Shown: positions 12,501 through 22,634, numbered from the stretch's first letter. The stretch: 64,000 nt of DNA from a candidate division FCPU426 bacterium (GCA_963830915.1 CAWHOE010000015.1:1-64000); one strand, 5' to 3'. The notes: generated by a model from the letters alone, not told the origin. A program made the numbers and translations.

Positions 12501-14139
12501 CATTACCGCCTTGAACTTGCATCCAGGAACCGCCCTCCAGGTTGAGGGTATCTATGGAAGCGGTCGCCGAACCGGCATCCCCACCGTTTCCGGACGAGCC
12601 TTCGTTGGTGCCACCCATCCCCCCCTGGACTTGGAATACGGAACCATTATTGACGGTCAAGGCCCCAATGGTCACGGCCGCCGCTCCACCAATTCCACCG
12701 TTTCCAGTGAAAAATGTAAGGTTACCGCCAAAACCGCCCTCGACCTGGAACACGGAATCATCATTAAGGGTCAGGGTGCCCATGGTCGCCGCCGCTGAGC
12801 CGCCAGCCCCGGCATTGCCGAATAAGACGTCCGCGCCATTGGCACCCGCAACCAACACCGTGCTCGGGTCCACTGCCACATCGCCCGTCACCAAGAGGGA
12901 GGCGTTACCCCCGTCACCGCCGTTGGGGTTGGAAGCCAAAACGTTCAAGGTCGAGCCGTTCAAAACGGAAAGACCGCCAAGGGATAAGGACGCGGCTCCG
13001 CTGTTGGAGCTGTCGCCGGCCACGGTCACGTTGGCTCCGTTATAAGCGACCAGTGACCCGCCCAAGGAAGAAAGACTGTCGTTAAAGGTCGTATTGGAAG
13101 CGTTCAGGAATAGGTCCGAACCCTGGCCTTGGCCAGATTGAGCCCAAGAACCTGCCAAACCTCCCGTGACATTGTTCCCCCCGAACCCGCTGGAAAGAAC
13201 GTTGAGTGAACCACCCGCGTTGACGAAAATGCCGCCGCCCAAACCCGCTCCTCCGCCGCCAGAGCGGTTAAAATCCCCTGAACCATTGCCGCCGAAAGTT
13301 CCGCCCAAACCGCCCGATAAATAACCAGCTCCACCGCCGCCGCCGAACCCGCCATTGCCGCCCTGTCCCCCGTACATGGTATCCCCGCCGCCGCCACTGC
13401 CAAACCCGCCGTTTTGACCGTTCTGGCTGCCGCCAAGGTAATTGCCACCTACCCCGCCGGCGCCTACCGATCCGACACCCGAAGTACCATTAGAACCGCC
13501 GTCACCGCCGTTGGCTCCACCTCCTCCGCCGCCAGTGGTTGATAAGCCTAAAATGTTCCCGCCGTTACCGCCGATAGCCTGACTGTTGTCCACACTCACG
13601 TTGTTGATGCTCAGGGCCACGCCCGAGTCAACGTAGACCGCCCCTCCCAGTCCCGCACCACCGCCGCCGCCGTCTCCGAAATATCCATCCCCATTGCCGC
13701 CATTGCCGCCCTTGGCCAAACCATTTTCCAAGGACAGGTCCGAGATATTGACGGACATGTTGTTGGACCCTGTTCCATTTCCAAGTTGCAACAACTGGAT
13801 AGAGTCCTGCCCGTCCAGGGTGACGTTGTATCCGAGAATGACCGTGTTCTGGGTCACCACATAGGTTTGGGTCGGTTGGATGGTCTGCCCGCTGATCGCG
13901 AACATGTCGATGGTGCCGCCGCCGTAGGCGTTGCACTGGGCGATGGCCCAGCCCAAAGAACCGACACTATTATCCCCATTCGTATTGGTGACAAGATACG
14001 CGGCGGTGCCGGAGAAGGCTCGAAGAGCCGGCAGCAGGAAGAGAAGAAAGATCAGGACCGATGGGAATAGGGACCAAGATTTGGTCTTATCCTTTCCACT
14101 CACGATGATGTTCGAGGACGCGTTGGTCAAGAGACCCAT
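3589..14139 (-). CDS. Giant Gly-rich autotransporter/adhesin of about 3,500 aa, split into three ORFs by single-base indels near 10950 and 9691
   Basis: N-terminal signal peptide, long G/S/N-rich repetitive passenger, two passenger-associated repeats ('GPGTLTLGGANTYSGGTSVVGGTL', 'GTGTLVLDNINDYQNGSVIDNGTL') and a C-terminal beta-barrel ('LWTQGLG..GFMAGYD..LQPFAG..QDGFTETGAG'). The repeat pattern continues across both frame junctions. Confidence 0.85.
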
Positions 14140-14568
14140 AGATTCCCTCCGGCTATTATTTAGGTTCGAAAATCCAAAGTGATAGCGTTGAAAAAATCGG
14201 ATCGTTCTACCTGAGGGAGGATATGTGGGACAGGTGTTCCCCAGGGCAGAGCGATTCAGCTTCCCTCCCCAGGGATCGCTGGGGCTTGTGAGAGACCCGG
14301 CAATTGAAGCAAATTGATTATAGGTTAAACAGTTGCCCTCAGAAAATCAAATTTCCATCCAGTAACATTTTTTCTTCAAAAGAAACTTAGACGGTTACAT
14401 CTAGGTTAAGAAGAACAAAAGAATACCAAAGGTATAAAAGCGATAGCGTCAAAATCCAATAAATACGTCTGTGCTGCAAACCATTTCAAAAATGGGTACT
14501 TTCTACTCACGCGGTAATCGTGATAGTTTTATGGAATTAATAAACAGTTCAACTCTGGGAGGTTAGAA

Positions 14569-15417
14569 ATGATCGTAGTCACAGGCGCGTCGGGGAAACT
14601 GGGTCATCACGTTATTCAAGGGCTGTTGAAAATACTCAAACCTTCGGAGATTGTTGCGGCGGTCCGGAACCCTTCCAAGGTGACTGACTTGAAAGCCCTC
14701 GGGGTACAGGTCCGTGAAGCCGATTATGAGAAATCGGAGACCCTGCGCTCAACACTGGCCGGCGCCCAGAAGGTACTTTTGATCTCCTCCAATGACCTGG
14801 GCAAACGCGCCATTCAGCACCAGGCCGTCATCAACGCCGCCAAGTCCGCTGGCGTCAGTTTGCTAGCCTACACCAGCGTCTTGAGGGCCAATAGCTCCGG
14901 TTTGGGCTTGGCCAAAGAGCATCTGGATACTGAACGGGCCATCCTGGCCTCTGGCTTGCCTTATGTTTTCCTGAGGAACGGCTGGTACCTGGAGAATCAC
15001 ACCGAGAACCTGGCCTCGGCCCTCCAACATGGTGTCATCATGGGCGCGGCTGGCAAGGGACGTTTCGCCTCGGCGTCACGGGAGGATTACGCCCTGGCGG
15101 CGGTGGCCGTACTGACCAGCTCTGGTCAAGAGAACAAGACCTACGAATTGGCCGGTGATTCATCCTTCACCTTGGCCGACCTTGCGGAGGAAGTATCCAA
15201 ACGTTCCGGAAAAAAAGTAGTTTATAAGGATATGCCCGCCGCCGATTACGAGAAAGCCCTGGTCAGTTTTGGATTGCCTCCTGCCATGGCCCATTTGCTG
15301 GCCGACTCGGACACGGGGGCCTCGAAGGGCGATTTGGACAGCAATTCCCATGACCTGTCCAAACTCATCGGCCGGGCGACCACTTCCCTTGCCCAAGCCG
15401 TGCAAAAAGCCCTTTAA
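14569..15417 (+). CDS. NmrA/SDR-like NAD(P)H:quinone oxidoreductase (YtfG/QorB-like)
   Basis: Motifs 'IVVTGASGKLG', 'LRNGWYLEN', 'ASREDYA'. Confidence 0.88.
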   Translation: MIVVTGASGKLGHHVIQGLLKILKPSEIVAAVRNPSKVTDLKALGVQVREADYEKSETLRSTLAGAQKVLLISSNDLGKRAIQHQAVINAAKSAGVSLLAYTSVLRANSSGLGLAKEHLDTERAILASGLPYVFLRNGWYLENHTENLASALQHGVIMGAAGKGRFASASREDYALAAVAVLTSSGQENKTYELAGDSSFTLADLAEEVSKRSGKKVVYKDMPAADYEKALVSFGLPPAMAHLLADSDTGASKGDLDSNSHDLSKLIGRATTSLAQAVQKAL

Positions 15418-15605
15418 ACAATTCCCCCAAAAAGGCCTGTGGTTCCTATTATTGGATCCATAGGCCTCTGGGCACATCGTCAAGGGAGATAGTTTTTTCC
15501 CGTTTGTTTCCCTCTCTTCAATGGAAAATTTAGTTTAGTGTAGTTCGACACTTTCCTTACTTATTTCCGTCAAATTGCAGTTTATATTAATTGGAAGAGG
15601 TCATT

Positions 15606-16637
15606 ATGAAACGACTCTTATTAGCCGTGTTGATATTAGTAATGCTCGTTTTGTCCGGTTATGCCAACGCTACGGAACAAGCCACACCAACTGCTGTTCC
15701 CTTGCCTCTCCTTAGCGTCCAAGGCAACAAGATCGTGGACCCGGCGGGTAAGATCGTCGTCCTAAAGGGCCTGAACATCTGCTATCCCTCCATTGTGAAG
15801 AACGACGGCCATTGGACGGAGGATTACTTCAAGCAACTGGCATCCTGGGGTACAAAACTGGTTCGGGTTCCCATTGACCCAGGCAGTTACCGACGGATGG
15901 GCCAAAAAGGCACCTTTGAATTGCTCGACCAGGCGGTGGAATGGTCGAAGAAGTACGGTATGTACGTGATGGTCGATTGGCATTCCATCGGCAATCCTAT
16001 CTCGGGGATTTTCCAAGACCCTTGGGCGGATGAGCTGAAAACGACAGACGCGGAAATGAAAGAGTTTTGGGTGGCCGTGGCGGACCGTTACAAATGTGAC
16101 CCAGCCGTGGCTTTTTACGAGGTATTCAACGAACCGGCCGGGTTGGAATATAAGGGCGGGCATATGACTTGGGCCCAATGGCGGGACATGGCGGATGGGA
16201 TCATCGATGTCATCTATGCCCACAACCCCAAGGCCATCCCGGTTGTGGGAGGTATCAATTGGGCTTACGATCTAAAAGGGGCCGGGGCCGAGCCGCTACG
16301 CAATAAAGGGGTGGTTTACGCCTGCCACCCTTATTCGGGCCACGCTCAAGAACCCTGGGAAGAGAGTTGGGAAAGGGATTTCGGCTACCTGGCCAAGACC
16401 TATCCTGTCATGCTGACGGAATTCGGATTCGACCCCCACGACACCATCTTGCCAAGCGTTTATAAAGCCGATACGAAGTATGGGAAGCGCATCTTGGATT
16501 TCGCGAAAGCCAGGGGAATGTCCTGGACAGCTTTTGTGTTCTACAACGGCTCGGGCTGGCCCATGCCTCTCTTCAAGGATTGGAACTATACCCCCACGGA
16601 GTCAGGGGCCTTCTTCAAGGAAATGCTGAAGAAATAA
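15606..16637 (+). CDS. Secreted glycoside hydrolase family 5
   Basis: Signal peptide; 'LVRVP', 'VDWH', 'FNEP' (acid/base), 'HPY', 'LTEFG' (nucleophile). Confidence 0.88.
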   Translation: MKRLLLAVLILVMLVLSGYANATEQATPTAVPLPLLSVQGNKIVDPAGKIVVLKGLNICYPSIVKNDGHWTEDYFKQLASWGTKLVRVPIDPGSYRRMGQKGTFELLDQAVEWSKKYGMYVMVDWHSIGNPISGIFQDPWADELKTTDAEMKEFWVAVADRYKCDPAVAFYEVFNEPAGLEYKGGHMTWAQWRDMADGIIDVIYAHNPKAIPVVGGINWAYDLKGAGAEPLRNKGVVYACHPYSGHAQEPWEESWERDFGYLAKTYPVMLTEFGFDPHDTILPSVYKADTKYGKRILDFAKARGMSWTAFVFYNGSGWPMPLFKDWNYTPTESGAFFKEMLKK

Positions 16638-16838
16638 ACCGAAAACGACGATTGAACCACCAAGGGCACCAAGGGCACCATGCCGACCTTCAAATGACAA
16701 TTTTTTGAGGTCGGTATAGTACCGATTTCCAATACATCATTTTCTTGAAGAATCGGCACAAGAAAAGCAAAAAAACTCCAATGGTGGTTCACCCAATAAA
16801 AAAAGTGTAATGCAGATGAAAACCTTAGGATTACCTGT

Positions 16839-17243
16839 TCAATGATTCATTCGGAAGGGCAGAAACTGTTTCAACCGATCGTCCCTTAAATACAACCCCA
16901 GCCAGACCAATATCCCAAACACGACCGGAAAAAGGACAGGATGCCCTGGTGTGGCCATGCGAACCATCGAATCCGTCGCCCCACCCAACCACCCGGTCAA
17001 CAGAACAGCTCCCAGGACGGCCGTAGATGGAATAGCGTATAGAAGGGTGCAGACCAAAACGGTAATACCTAGCGGGACTACGACACTTGGCGAGTATCCC
17101 CCTTGGACCATGGCCTGCACGACAAAGCTTTGTTGGGCCACTTTGGTGGCGCCATCGAAAATCAAAAATAAGACCATGATGGTGCTGATGACCCGGCCCG
17201 TCCAGACGGCCCCTTTTGAGCTTCCGGATTTATTGGAATACAT
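16839..17243 (-). CDS. DoxX-like membrane protein
   Basis: Four hydrophobic segments; 'LYAIP.TAVLGAVLLTGWLGGA', 'WLGLYLRD'. Confidence 0.85.
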   Translation of the reverse strand: MYSNKSGSSKGAVWTGRVISTIMVLFLIFDGATKVAQQSFVVQAMVQGGYSPSVVVPLGITVLVCTLLYAIPSTAVLGAVLLTGWLGGATDSMVRMATPGHPVLFPVVFGILVWLGLYLRDDRLKQFLPFRMNH

Positions 17244-17330
17244 GAATTCCCCCTTTTTGTAATTTTATCTTCTGCCTAGTATTACGAATGAGAAGGGCCA
17301 AAATCGACAAGGTTGGCAAATTTTTTGAGT

Positions 17331-17625
17331 TCTTCCGAGCCTCGGAAAGGTCAGGCTACCCACCGGAAGCAGTCTTCCGGCCACCGGAAAGGCTACGCCA
17401 CCCACCGGAAGCGGTCTTCCGAGCCTCGGAAAAGCCGGGCTACCCCTCGGAAAGGGCATTCTGGCCATCGGAAGCCGTCCTTCCGGCCACCGGAAAGGCT
17501 ACGCCACCCACCGGAAGAGGTCCTTCCGGCCACCGGAAAGGTCAGGCTACCCACCGGAAGCAGTCTTCCGGCCACCGGAAAGGCTACGCCACCCACCGGA
17601 AGAGGTCCTTCCGGCCACCGGAAAG
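17331..17625. repeat. Repeat block A: 14 tandem units of 21 (occasionally 22) bp with core CC(A/T)CCGGAA
   Basis: CGGAA starts at 17343, 17364, 17385, 17406, 17427, 17448, 17469, 17491, 17512, 17534, 17555, 17576, 17597 and 17619. Confidence 0.95.
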
Positions 17626-17775
17626 ACCGACCGGGGGGTTAGAGGTTATTGACCGGGGGTTATTTCAGTGCGACCGGGGGCCTGTTTTCCCTGACCGGGG
17701 GGTAGGCTACGCTGACCGGGGGGTGAAAGAGGCCGTTTTAAGCTGACCGGTGCCCGGTCAAGGCCGACCGGGGGC
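17626..17775. repeat. Repeat block B: GACCGG(GGG) cores at about 21-bp spacing with variable linkers
   Basis: GACCGG at 17629, 17651, 17672, 17693, 17714, 17745 and 17766. Confidence 0.9.
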
Positions 17776-17780
17776 TGGGA

Positions 17781-18045
17781 TGCCGGTGGGAATGTCGGTG
17801 GAAAGCCCAAAATGTCGGTGGGCGTGCCGGTGTAGACCTTTAAATGCCGGTGGACATGTCGGTGGGAATGGCTAAGGACATCCCAAAATGCCGGTGGGAA
17901 TGTCGGTGGAAAGCCCAAAATGTCGGTGGGCGTGCCGGTGGAGACCTTTAAATGGCGGTGGACATGTCGGTGGGAATGCCTAAGGACAGCCCAAAATGTC
18001 GGTGGGCGTGCCGGTGGAGACCTTTAAATGCCGGTGGGAATGCCG
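17781..18045. repeat. Repeat block C: 108-bp direct repeat (two full copies and one partial) built from TG(C/T)CGGTGG subunits
   Basis: Near-identical units start at 17781 and 17889; a partial unit starts at 17997. Confidence 0.93.
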
Positions 18046-18046
18046 T

Positions 18047-18077
18047 GGATTCGACTCCCTTTGGTCGCTCACCATCC
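18047..18077. repeat. Short REP-like element
   Basis: GGAT-TCGACTCCCTTTGGTCGCTCACC-ATCC, with complementary ends and an inner CGAC/GTCG stem. Confidence 0.4.
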
Positions 18078-18090
18078 GTAGTCGACCGAG

Positions 18091-18256
18091 GGCCATTTTA
18101 GGCTGACCGGTGCCCGGTCAAACCCGACCGGGGGGTTAGAGGTTATTGACCGGGGGTTATTTCAGTGCGACCGGGGGCCTGTTTTCCCTGACCGGGGGGT
18201 AGATTACGCTGACCGGTGCCCGGTCAAACCGGGGGGGCAGATGTATCTGACCGGTG
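18091..18256. repeat. Repeat block B': permuted second copy of block B
   Basis: About 18124-18216 is near-identical to about 17627-17719; the TGACCGGTGCCCGGTCA inverted repeat recurs twice. Confidence 0.92.
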
Positions 18257-18347
18257 GGTCCAACCCTGCTCGTCTTGATTAAACCGGCCCCATAACCTAG
18301 GTTCATTCCACAGATGGGTTGTATTGGGGATGTGGAAAGGAAACCAA

Positions 18348-19352
18348 GTGGCTGATTTTTCGGTATTTGACCTGGCGTTCATTACCCAAGGGTCCAACCC
18401 CTCGGAGGCCTTACACCATTCCCTGGACCTGGCCCAGCACGCGGAGAAATGGGGTTACAAGCGTTTTTGGGTGGCCGAACATCACAATATGCCCGGTATC
18501 GCAAGCGCCGCCACGGCGGTGGTGATCTGCTATGTGGCCGGGGGAACCCAAACCATCCGGGTGGGATCGGGGGGCATCATGCTTCCCAACCATTCGCCCT
18601 TGGTGATCGCCGAGCAATTCGGCACTCTCGAATCCCTTTACCCCGGCCGGATCGACCTAGGCTTGGGCCGGGCACCCGGCACCGATCAAAGGACCCTTCG
18701 GTCCTTGCGCCGAGACCCTAATAACGCGGAACGCTTTCCCCAGGACGTCCAGGAACTTCAGGAATTACTCGGTCCCTTTTTACCGGGTCAGGCCGTCCAA
18801 GCCACCCCCGGCACCGGCACCAAGGTTCCCATTTGGATCCTGGGATCCAGCCTGTTCGGGGCCCAACTGGCCGCCGCTCTGGGTCTTCCCTACGCTTTCG
18901 CATCGCACTTCGCCCCGGGTGACCTTAGCCCGGCTTTGGATATCTATCGTTCCGAATTCAGGCCTTCCGACCAACTGGATAAACCCCGGGTAATGCTGGG
19001 GGTGAACGTGTTCGCGGCTGATAAGGACGACGAGGCCCGCAAGCTCTTCACCTCCATCCAGCAAAGCTTCACCAATATGCAAAGGGGTACCAGGGGCCAG
19101 CTACCTCCACCCATCAATGACATCGCCGATTTTTGGTCACCGGCGGAGGAATCGCAGGCCGAAGAAAGATTGGCCTGCTCTTTCGTGGGGTCCCGAAAGA
19201 CCGTTCAACAGGGCTTGGAGAAATTTCTGGAAAAGACGGGCGCGGATGAGCTGATGGTGGCTTCAGCGATCTATGACCACAAGGCCAGACTGCGTTCTTA
19301 TGAGATCCTGGCGGACATCCAACAGGCGCTCGATCGGAAACTCGCTCGCTAA
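18348..19352 (+). CDS. LLM-class flavin-dependent oxidoreductase (YhbW-like)
   Basis: Motifs 'RFWVAEHHN', '[15 protein letters not shown]', '[11 protein letters not shown]'. Confidence 0.92.
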   Translation: MADFSVFDLAFITQGSNPSEALHHSLDLAQHAEKWGYKRFWVAEHHNMPGIASAATAVVICYVAGGTQTIRVGSGGIMLPNHSPLVIAEQFGTLESLYPGRIDLGLGRAPGTDQRTLRSLRRDPNNAERFPQDVQELQELLGPFLPGQAVQATPGTGTKVPIWILGSSLFGAQLAAALGLPYAFASHFAPGDLSPALDIYRSEFRPSDQLDKPRVMLGVNVFAADKDDEARKLFTSIQQSFTNMQRGTRGQLPPPINDIADFWSPAEESQAEERLACSFVGSRKTVQQGLEKFLEKTGADELMVASAIYDHKARLRSYEILADIQQALDRKLAR

Positions 19353-19864
19353 CGGTTCAACCAAAACGGAATGGTCACCAACAGAATATATACCAACAAA
19401 CCAAAGCCGATTATCACCCGCCGCACCCGGGACAAGGGCAGAGTTTGGAATTTAAAACTCCAGTTTCGCTTCCTAAGAAAATAGACGAGCGTAACCAGGA
19501 ATATGAACACAACCGCTCCAGCACCTATCCCAAACGCGGCGTTCCCAAAAGCTAGGCCCAATATCTCAAAAACAGCTTTGCAAGTCGCCGTCAATATCCC
19601 CATCCTCAGTATCCCCGACCAATCGCTTCCATTTGGGCAGGCCTTCGCCCAGGCCAGGATGACGGAGAGTAAAACCAGGTGCATGAGTGGCAGTCTCGCG
19701 ACCGTCCAGAAAGAACGGGGGCTGGTTTTGACGATGCTCCCGGCGAAGGTTTGGAACATGGGAATGTTCTCCGGCAGGCTGGCTTGACGGAACCACAACA
19801 ACAATCCGAAAAGAAACACCAACCCCAAGCAGACATAGCCTAATCGTATATCCATTGATTTCAT
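19349..19864 (-). CDS. Hypothetical multi-TM membrane protein
   Basis: 171-aa ORF with about five hydrophobic segments and a GAGG RBS. Confidence 0.6.
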   Translation of the reverse strand: MKSMDIRLGYVCLGLVFLFGLLLWFRQASLPENIPMFQTFAGSIVKTSPRSFWTVARLPLMHLVLLSVILAWAKACPNGSDWSGILRMGILTATCKAVFEILGLAFGNAAFGIGAGAVVFIFLVTLVYFLRKRNWSFKFQTLPLSRVRRVIIGFGLLVYILLVTIPFWLNR

Positions 19865-19910
19865 AACAACCTCTAAAAGAAACCAGACCCAATATTACCC
19901 AGGTTATTTT

Positions 19911-21045
19911 TCAGCTCGCGGCCTGGATTGCCTCAAGGATCACGGCCTCGGTGAGGGGCGTCGAATAAGAGCCGTCCTCGAACCGTTTCACTTTACCGAT
20001 GCCGTCCTGAAGGACAAAACGGACCCGGCCCTCGCGCACTTTTTTATCCGTATATAACTTATCCATCAATTGAGTGGGCGTGATCGTGTCCGGGACTTTC
20101 GTGGGTAGGCCCGCCCGTTTGAGCAGTTGGATGACCCTTTTCGATTGTTCTTCCGAAAGAAGAACTCATCTGTTTCGCCAACATCACCTGCACCACCAAC
20201 CCGATAGCCAAAGCTTCTCCATGCAACAAGCTATACCCACTCAAGGTCTCGATAGCTCTTCCAGCAGTGTGTCCCAGATTCAGGACCTGACGCAGGTTCG
20301 CTTCTTTTTCGTCCTTTACGACCACGTTATATTTGACTTCGCAGTTCTTATGGGCGATATGCTCCAAGACCTCGGGATCCAGGACAGGTTGACCGGAAGG
20401 GGAGATGACCTTATCCATGTTCTTTTCCAGATAGGAGAAAAAATCGCTGTCGGCGATGCATGCGTGTTTGATGGTTTCGGCCAAACCGCTGGAAATTTCC
20501 CTTACCGGCAAGGTTTTCCAGGTCTCTACGTCGATATAGACCTTCAAGGGCTGATGGAAGAGGCCGATGAGGTTGGTGGCCCGGGGCGTATCAACCGCCG
20601 TTTTACCGCCCACCGAGGCGTCCGCCGCCGCCAAAAGGGTCGTGGCGAAATTGATATAGGGGATACCCCTGTTGAAAGTTCCTGCCAGGAACCCGGCCAG
20701 ATCGGTCACCACTCCCCCGCCCAACGCGATGACACAGCTGTCCCGGCCAAATCCCTTTTCCAACATCTGATCCTCAAGAAGGGCCTTGGTCTCGCGGGTC
20801 TTGCTCTTTTCGCCGGCCGGAAAGGTGAATAACTCGACCTGAAGACCATCTTTTTTAAGGTTTTCCAGCAGCTTATCCGCGTAAAGTTTTTTCACGGTCG
20901 AATCGGTCAGGATGGCGTATTTATTCGCTTTGGGGCCCAACCCTTTTTTGAGGTCGGATCTTAAAAGGGCAAAAAGGTCCCGCCCTATCTCGATATCGTA
21001 GGAGTCATCGACCACTCTTTTTAAAGCCACATGGAACTGAGACAC
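19911..21045 (-). CDS. aroB: 3-dehydroquinate synthase (frameshift near 20165)
   Basis: Motifs 'GEKSKT', 'LGGGVVTDLAGF', 'DASVGGKTAVD', 'LNLGHT', 'HGEA'. The C-terminus 'AGLPT..DKKVREGRVRFVL' lies in another frame and stops at 19911. Confidence 0.9.
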
Positions 21046-21171
21046 GCCGCCACCCCCGAGCCATTTTCAATTTAGGCTAGATCCCCTAAATTTAGGGTTT
21101 TATTATAAACAAAAAAGCCATGAAGTAGAGCCCTAAGGGCACCCTTCATGGCACGGCCCCTATACCAACGT

Positions 21172-21345
21172 TTAATGGCAGGGGTTGGCCATCAGGACCG
21201 ACCCCAAAAGGGCGGAGACAGCCACGGCGAAGCGGATGAAGCGGTAGCGCAGGCCATATTCCCAATCCTTGGCCTGTTCCTCAGTTGAGGCAATCCGCCC
21301 CATCACCCGACTGACAAAACCCTCCGAAGGCTTAAATTCATCCAT
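21172..21345 (-). CDS. 57-aa putative minimal anti-sigma factor (not in the ORF track)
   Basis: MDEFKPSEGFVSRVMGRI... followed by a hydrophobic C-terminus; overlaps the sigma gene stop and has a GGAGG RBS. Confidence 0.65.
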   Translation of the reverse strand: MDEFKPSEGFVSRVMGRIASTEEQAKDWEYGLRYRFIRFAVAVSALLGSVLMANPCH

Positions 21346-21871
21346 GTCCCAAACCTCCGAACCTTTTTTCCAACTGTACCCTCAACATTTGTTTCGCCCT
21401 GAAAAAGCGGGCCTTCACCGTTCCCGACGGCGCCCCATCATCTGATTTTCCTTCCAGTCTGGCCATCAGCGCCCGCCGATGGTTTTCAGGCAGGTCTTTC
21501 AGGCATTCCCGGACAGCCTCCACCCTTTCTTTTGAGAGCAGTATTTCTTCCGGTCCTTCGTCCTTCCCCGGCAGGTGAAAAAAGTCCTCCAGCGGGAAGT
21601 GGGGACGTCTCTTGCGGAGTTCGCCGTAGACCTTGTTGCGGGCGATGATGAACAGCCAAGCGGAGAAGGGGGTTCCTCGGGAGGGGTCGAAGGTTTTCAG
21701 GGACTGGTAGGCGGTGAAGAAAACATCCTGGCCGATATCCTCAACCGCCGAGGGGTTGCCCAGTAACTGGTAGATGAAGCTCAAAAGGGGACGGTGGTAT
21801 TTTTCCACCAGGAAGGAATAGGCCTCCCGGTCCCCCGCCTTGACCTTCAGGATGATTTCCAGGTCTTCCAT
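21338..21871 (-). CDS. ECF sigma-70 factor
   Basis: Motifs 'GDREAYSFLVEKY', 'EDIGQDVFF', 'FSAWLFIIARN', 'GTVKARFFRAK'. Confidence 0.9.
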   Translation of the reverse strand: MEDLEIILKVKAGDREAYSFLVEKYHRPLLSFIYQLLGNPSAVEDIGQDVFFTAYQSLKTFDPSRGTPFSAWLFIIARNKVYGELRKRRPHFPLEDFFHLPGKDEGPEEILLSKERVEAVRECLKDLPENHRRALMARLEGKSDDGAPSGTVKARFFRAKQMLRVQLEKRFGGLGHG

Positions 21872-21887
21872 ACCAAGCTCCTGTCCC

Positions 21888-22634
21888 TCAATGCACCATT
21901 CTAAACATCCGGCTGAAGTCGGGCAGGAAGTTTTTGGCATGCCAATAGATCATCCAGGCCTGGCCCTTAATGAGCTTCTCATCCACCTGGCCCCAGTAGC
22001 GTGAATCCAGGCTGTTGTCCCGGTTGTCCCCCATCATGAAATAATGGCCCGCTTGCACCGTGACCGGGCCGAAGGTATCCCGGCTGGTCTTGGCCTGGTC
22101 CTCCAAGGCCGACCCAGGGTCCCCCGGGGGCTCATAGGGATCTCCCGGCGGCAATGTCCGGGGGTCGATATGCTGGACATAGGGTTCCACCTGTTTTTCC
22201 CCGTTCACGAAAAGTTCCTTGTTCCGATAGGTCACCACATCACCCGGCGTGCCGATACAACGCTTGATGAAATCCTTGGAATGGTCCTTGGGAAAGACGA
22301 AAACAATGATGTCGCCCCGGCGGGGCTTGCGGAATTCGAGGAATCGGTCCGTGCTGTTCCAAAGGGAATAGCCGTACTCATATTTCTTCACCAGGATGTA
22401 ATCCCCCACCCGCAAGGTGTCTTCCATGGAGCCAGAGGGGATGACAAAGGGTTGGACCAGGATGGCTTTTAGGGCCAGGGCGACCAACATGGCCACCCAG
22501 AGGGAATCCAGGGTTTCCACCCACCCGGCCCAGACGGAATTCTTGCGGACCGCCGGGATCACCCACCGGATGGCTATCTCCAAGAGAGTCAAGACCCCCG
22601 CGGCTAAATAAAGATATTGATTGAGGTTTTCCAT
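21888..22634 (-). CDS. lepB: Signal peptidase I
   Basis: Motifs 'IPSGSMEDTL', 'FIKRCIG.PGD', 'MGDNRDNS.DSRYWG'. Confidence 0.95.
   Translation of the reverse strand: MENLNQYLYLAAGVLTLLEIAIRWVIPAVRKNSVWAGWVETLDSLWVAMLVALALKAILVQPFVIPSGSMEDTLRVGDYILVKKYEYGYSLWNSTDRFLEFRKPRRGDIIVFVFPKDHSKDFIKRCIGTPGDVVTYRNKELFVNGEKQVEPYVQHIDPRTLPPGDPYEPPGDPGSALEDQAKTSRDTFGPVTVQAGHYFMMGDNRDNSLDSRYWGQVDEKLIKGQAWMIYWHAKNFLPDFSRMFRMVH

Noticed and set aside
3484..13045. Many Pro-rich plus-strand ORFs
   Set aside because: They are antisense shadows of the Gly-codon-rich autotransporter.
14200..14320. Riboswitch upstream of the autotransporter
   Set aside because: A CCCCAG/CTGGGG hairpin is present, but I could not match any known aptamer consensus.
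17265..17918. ORFs of 67-152 aa across the repeat array
   Set aside because: Several frames on both strands are open because the repeats lack stop codons, and 22-bp units shift the peptide pattern between frames.
18047..18074. tRNA 3'-end remnant or att site (TTCGACT...CACCA)
   Set aside because: The T-stem does not pair and the spacing to CCA is wrong; it fits a REP-like element better.
17331..18256. CRISPR or TIGR array
   Set aside because: Cores are only about 9-11 nt, linkers are about 10-13 nt and recur, the period is 21 rather than ~36 or 60-70 bp, and no cas or Nop-domain gene is recognisable in the window.
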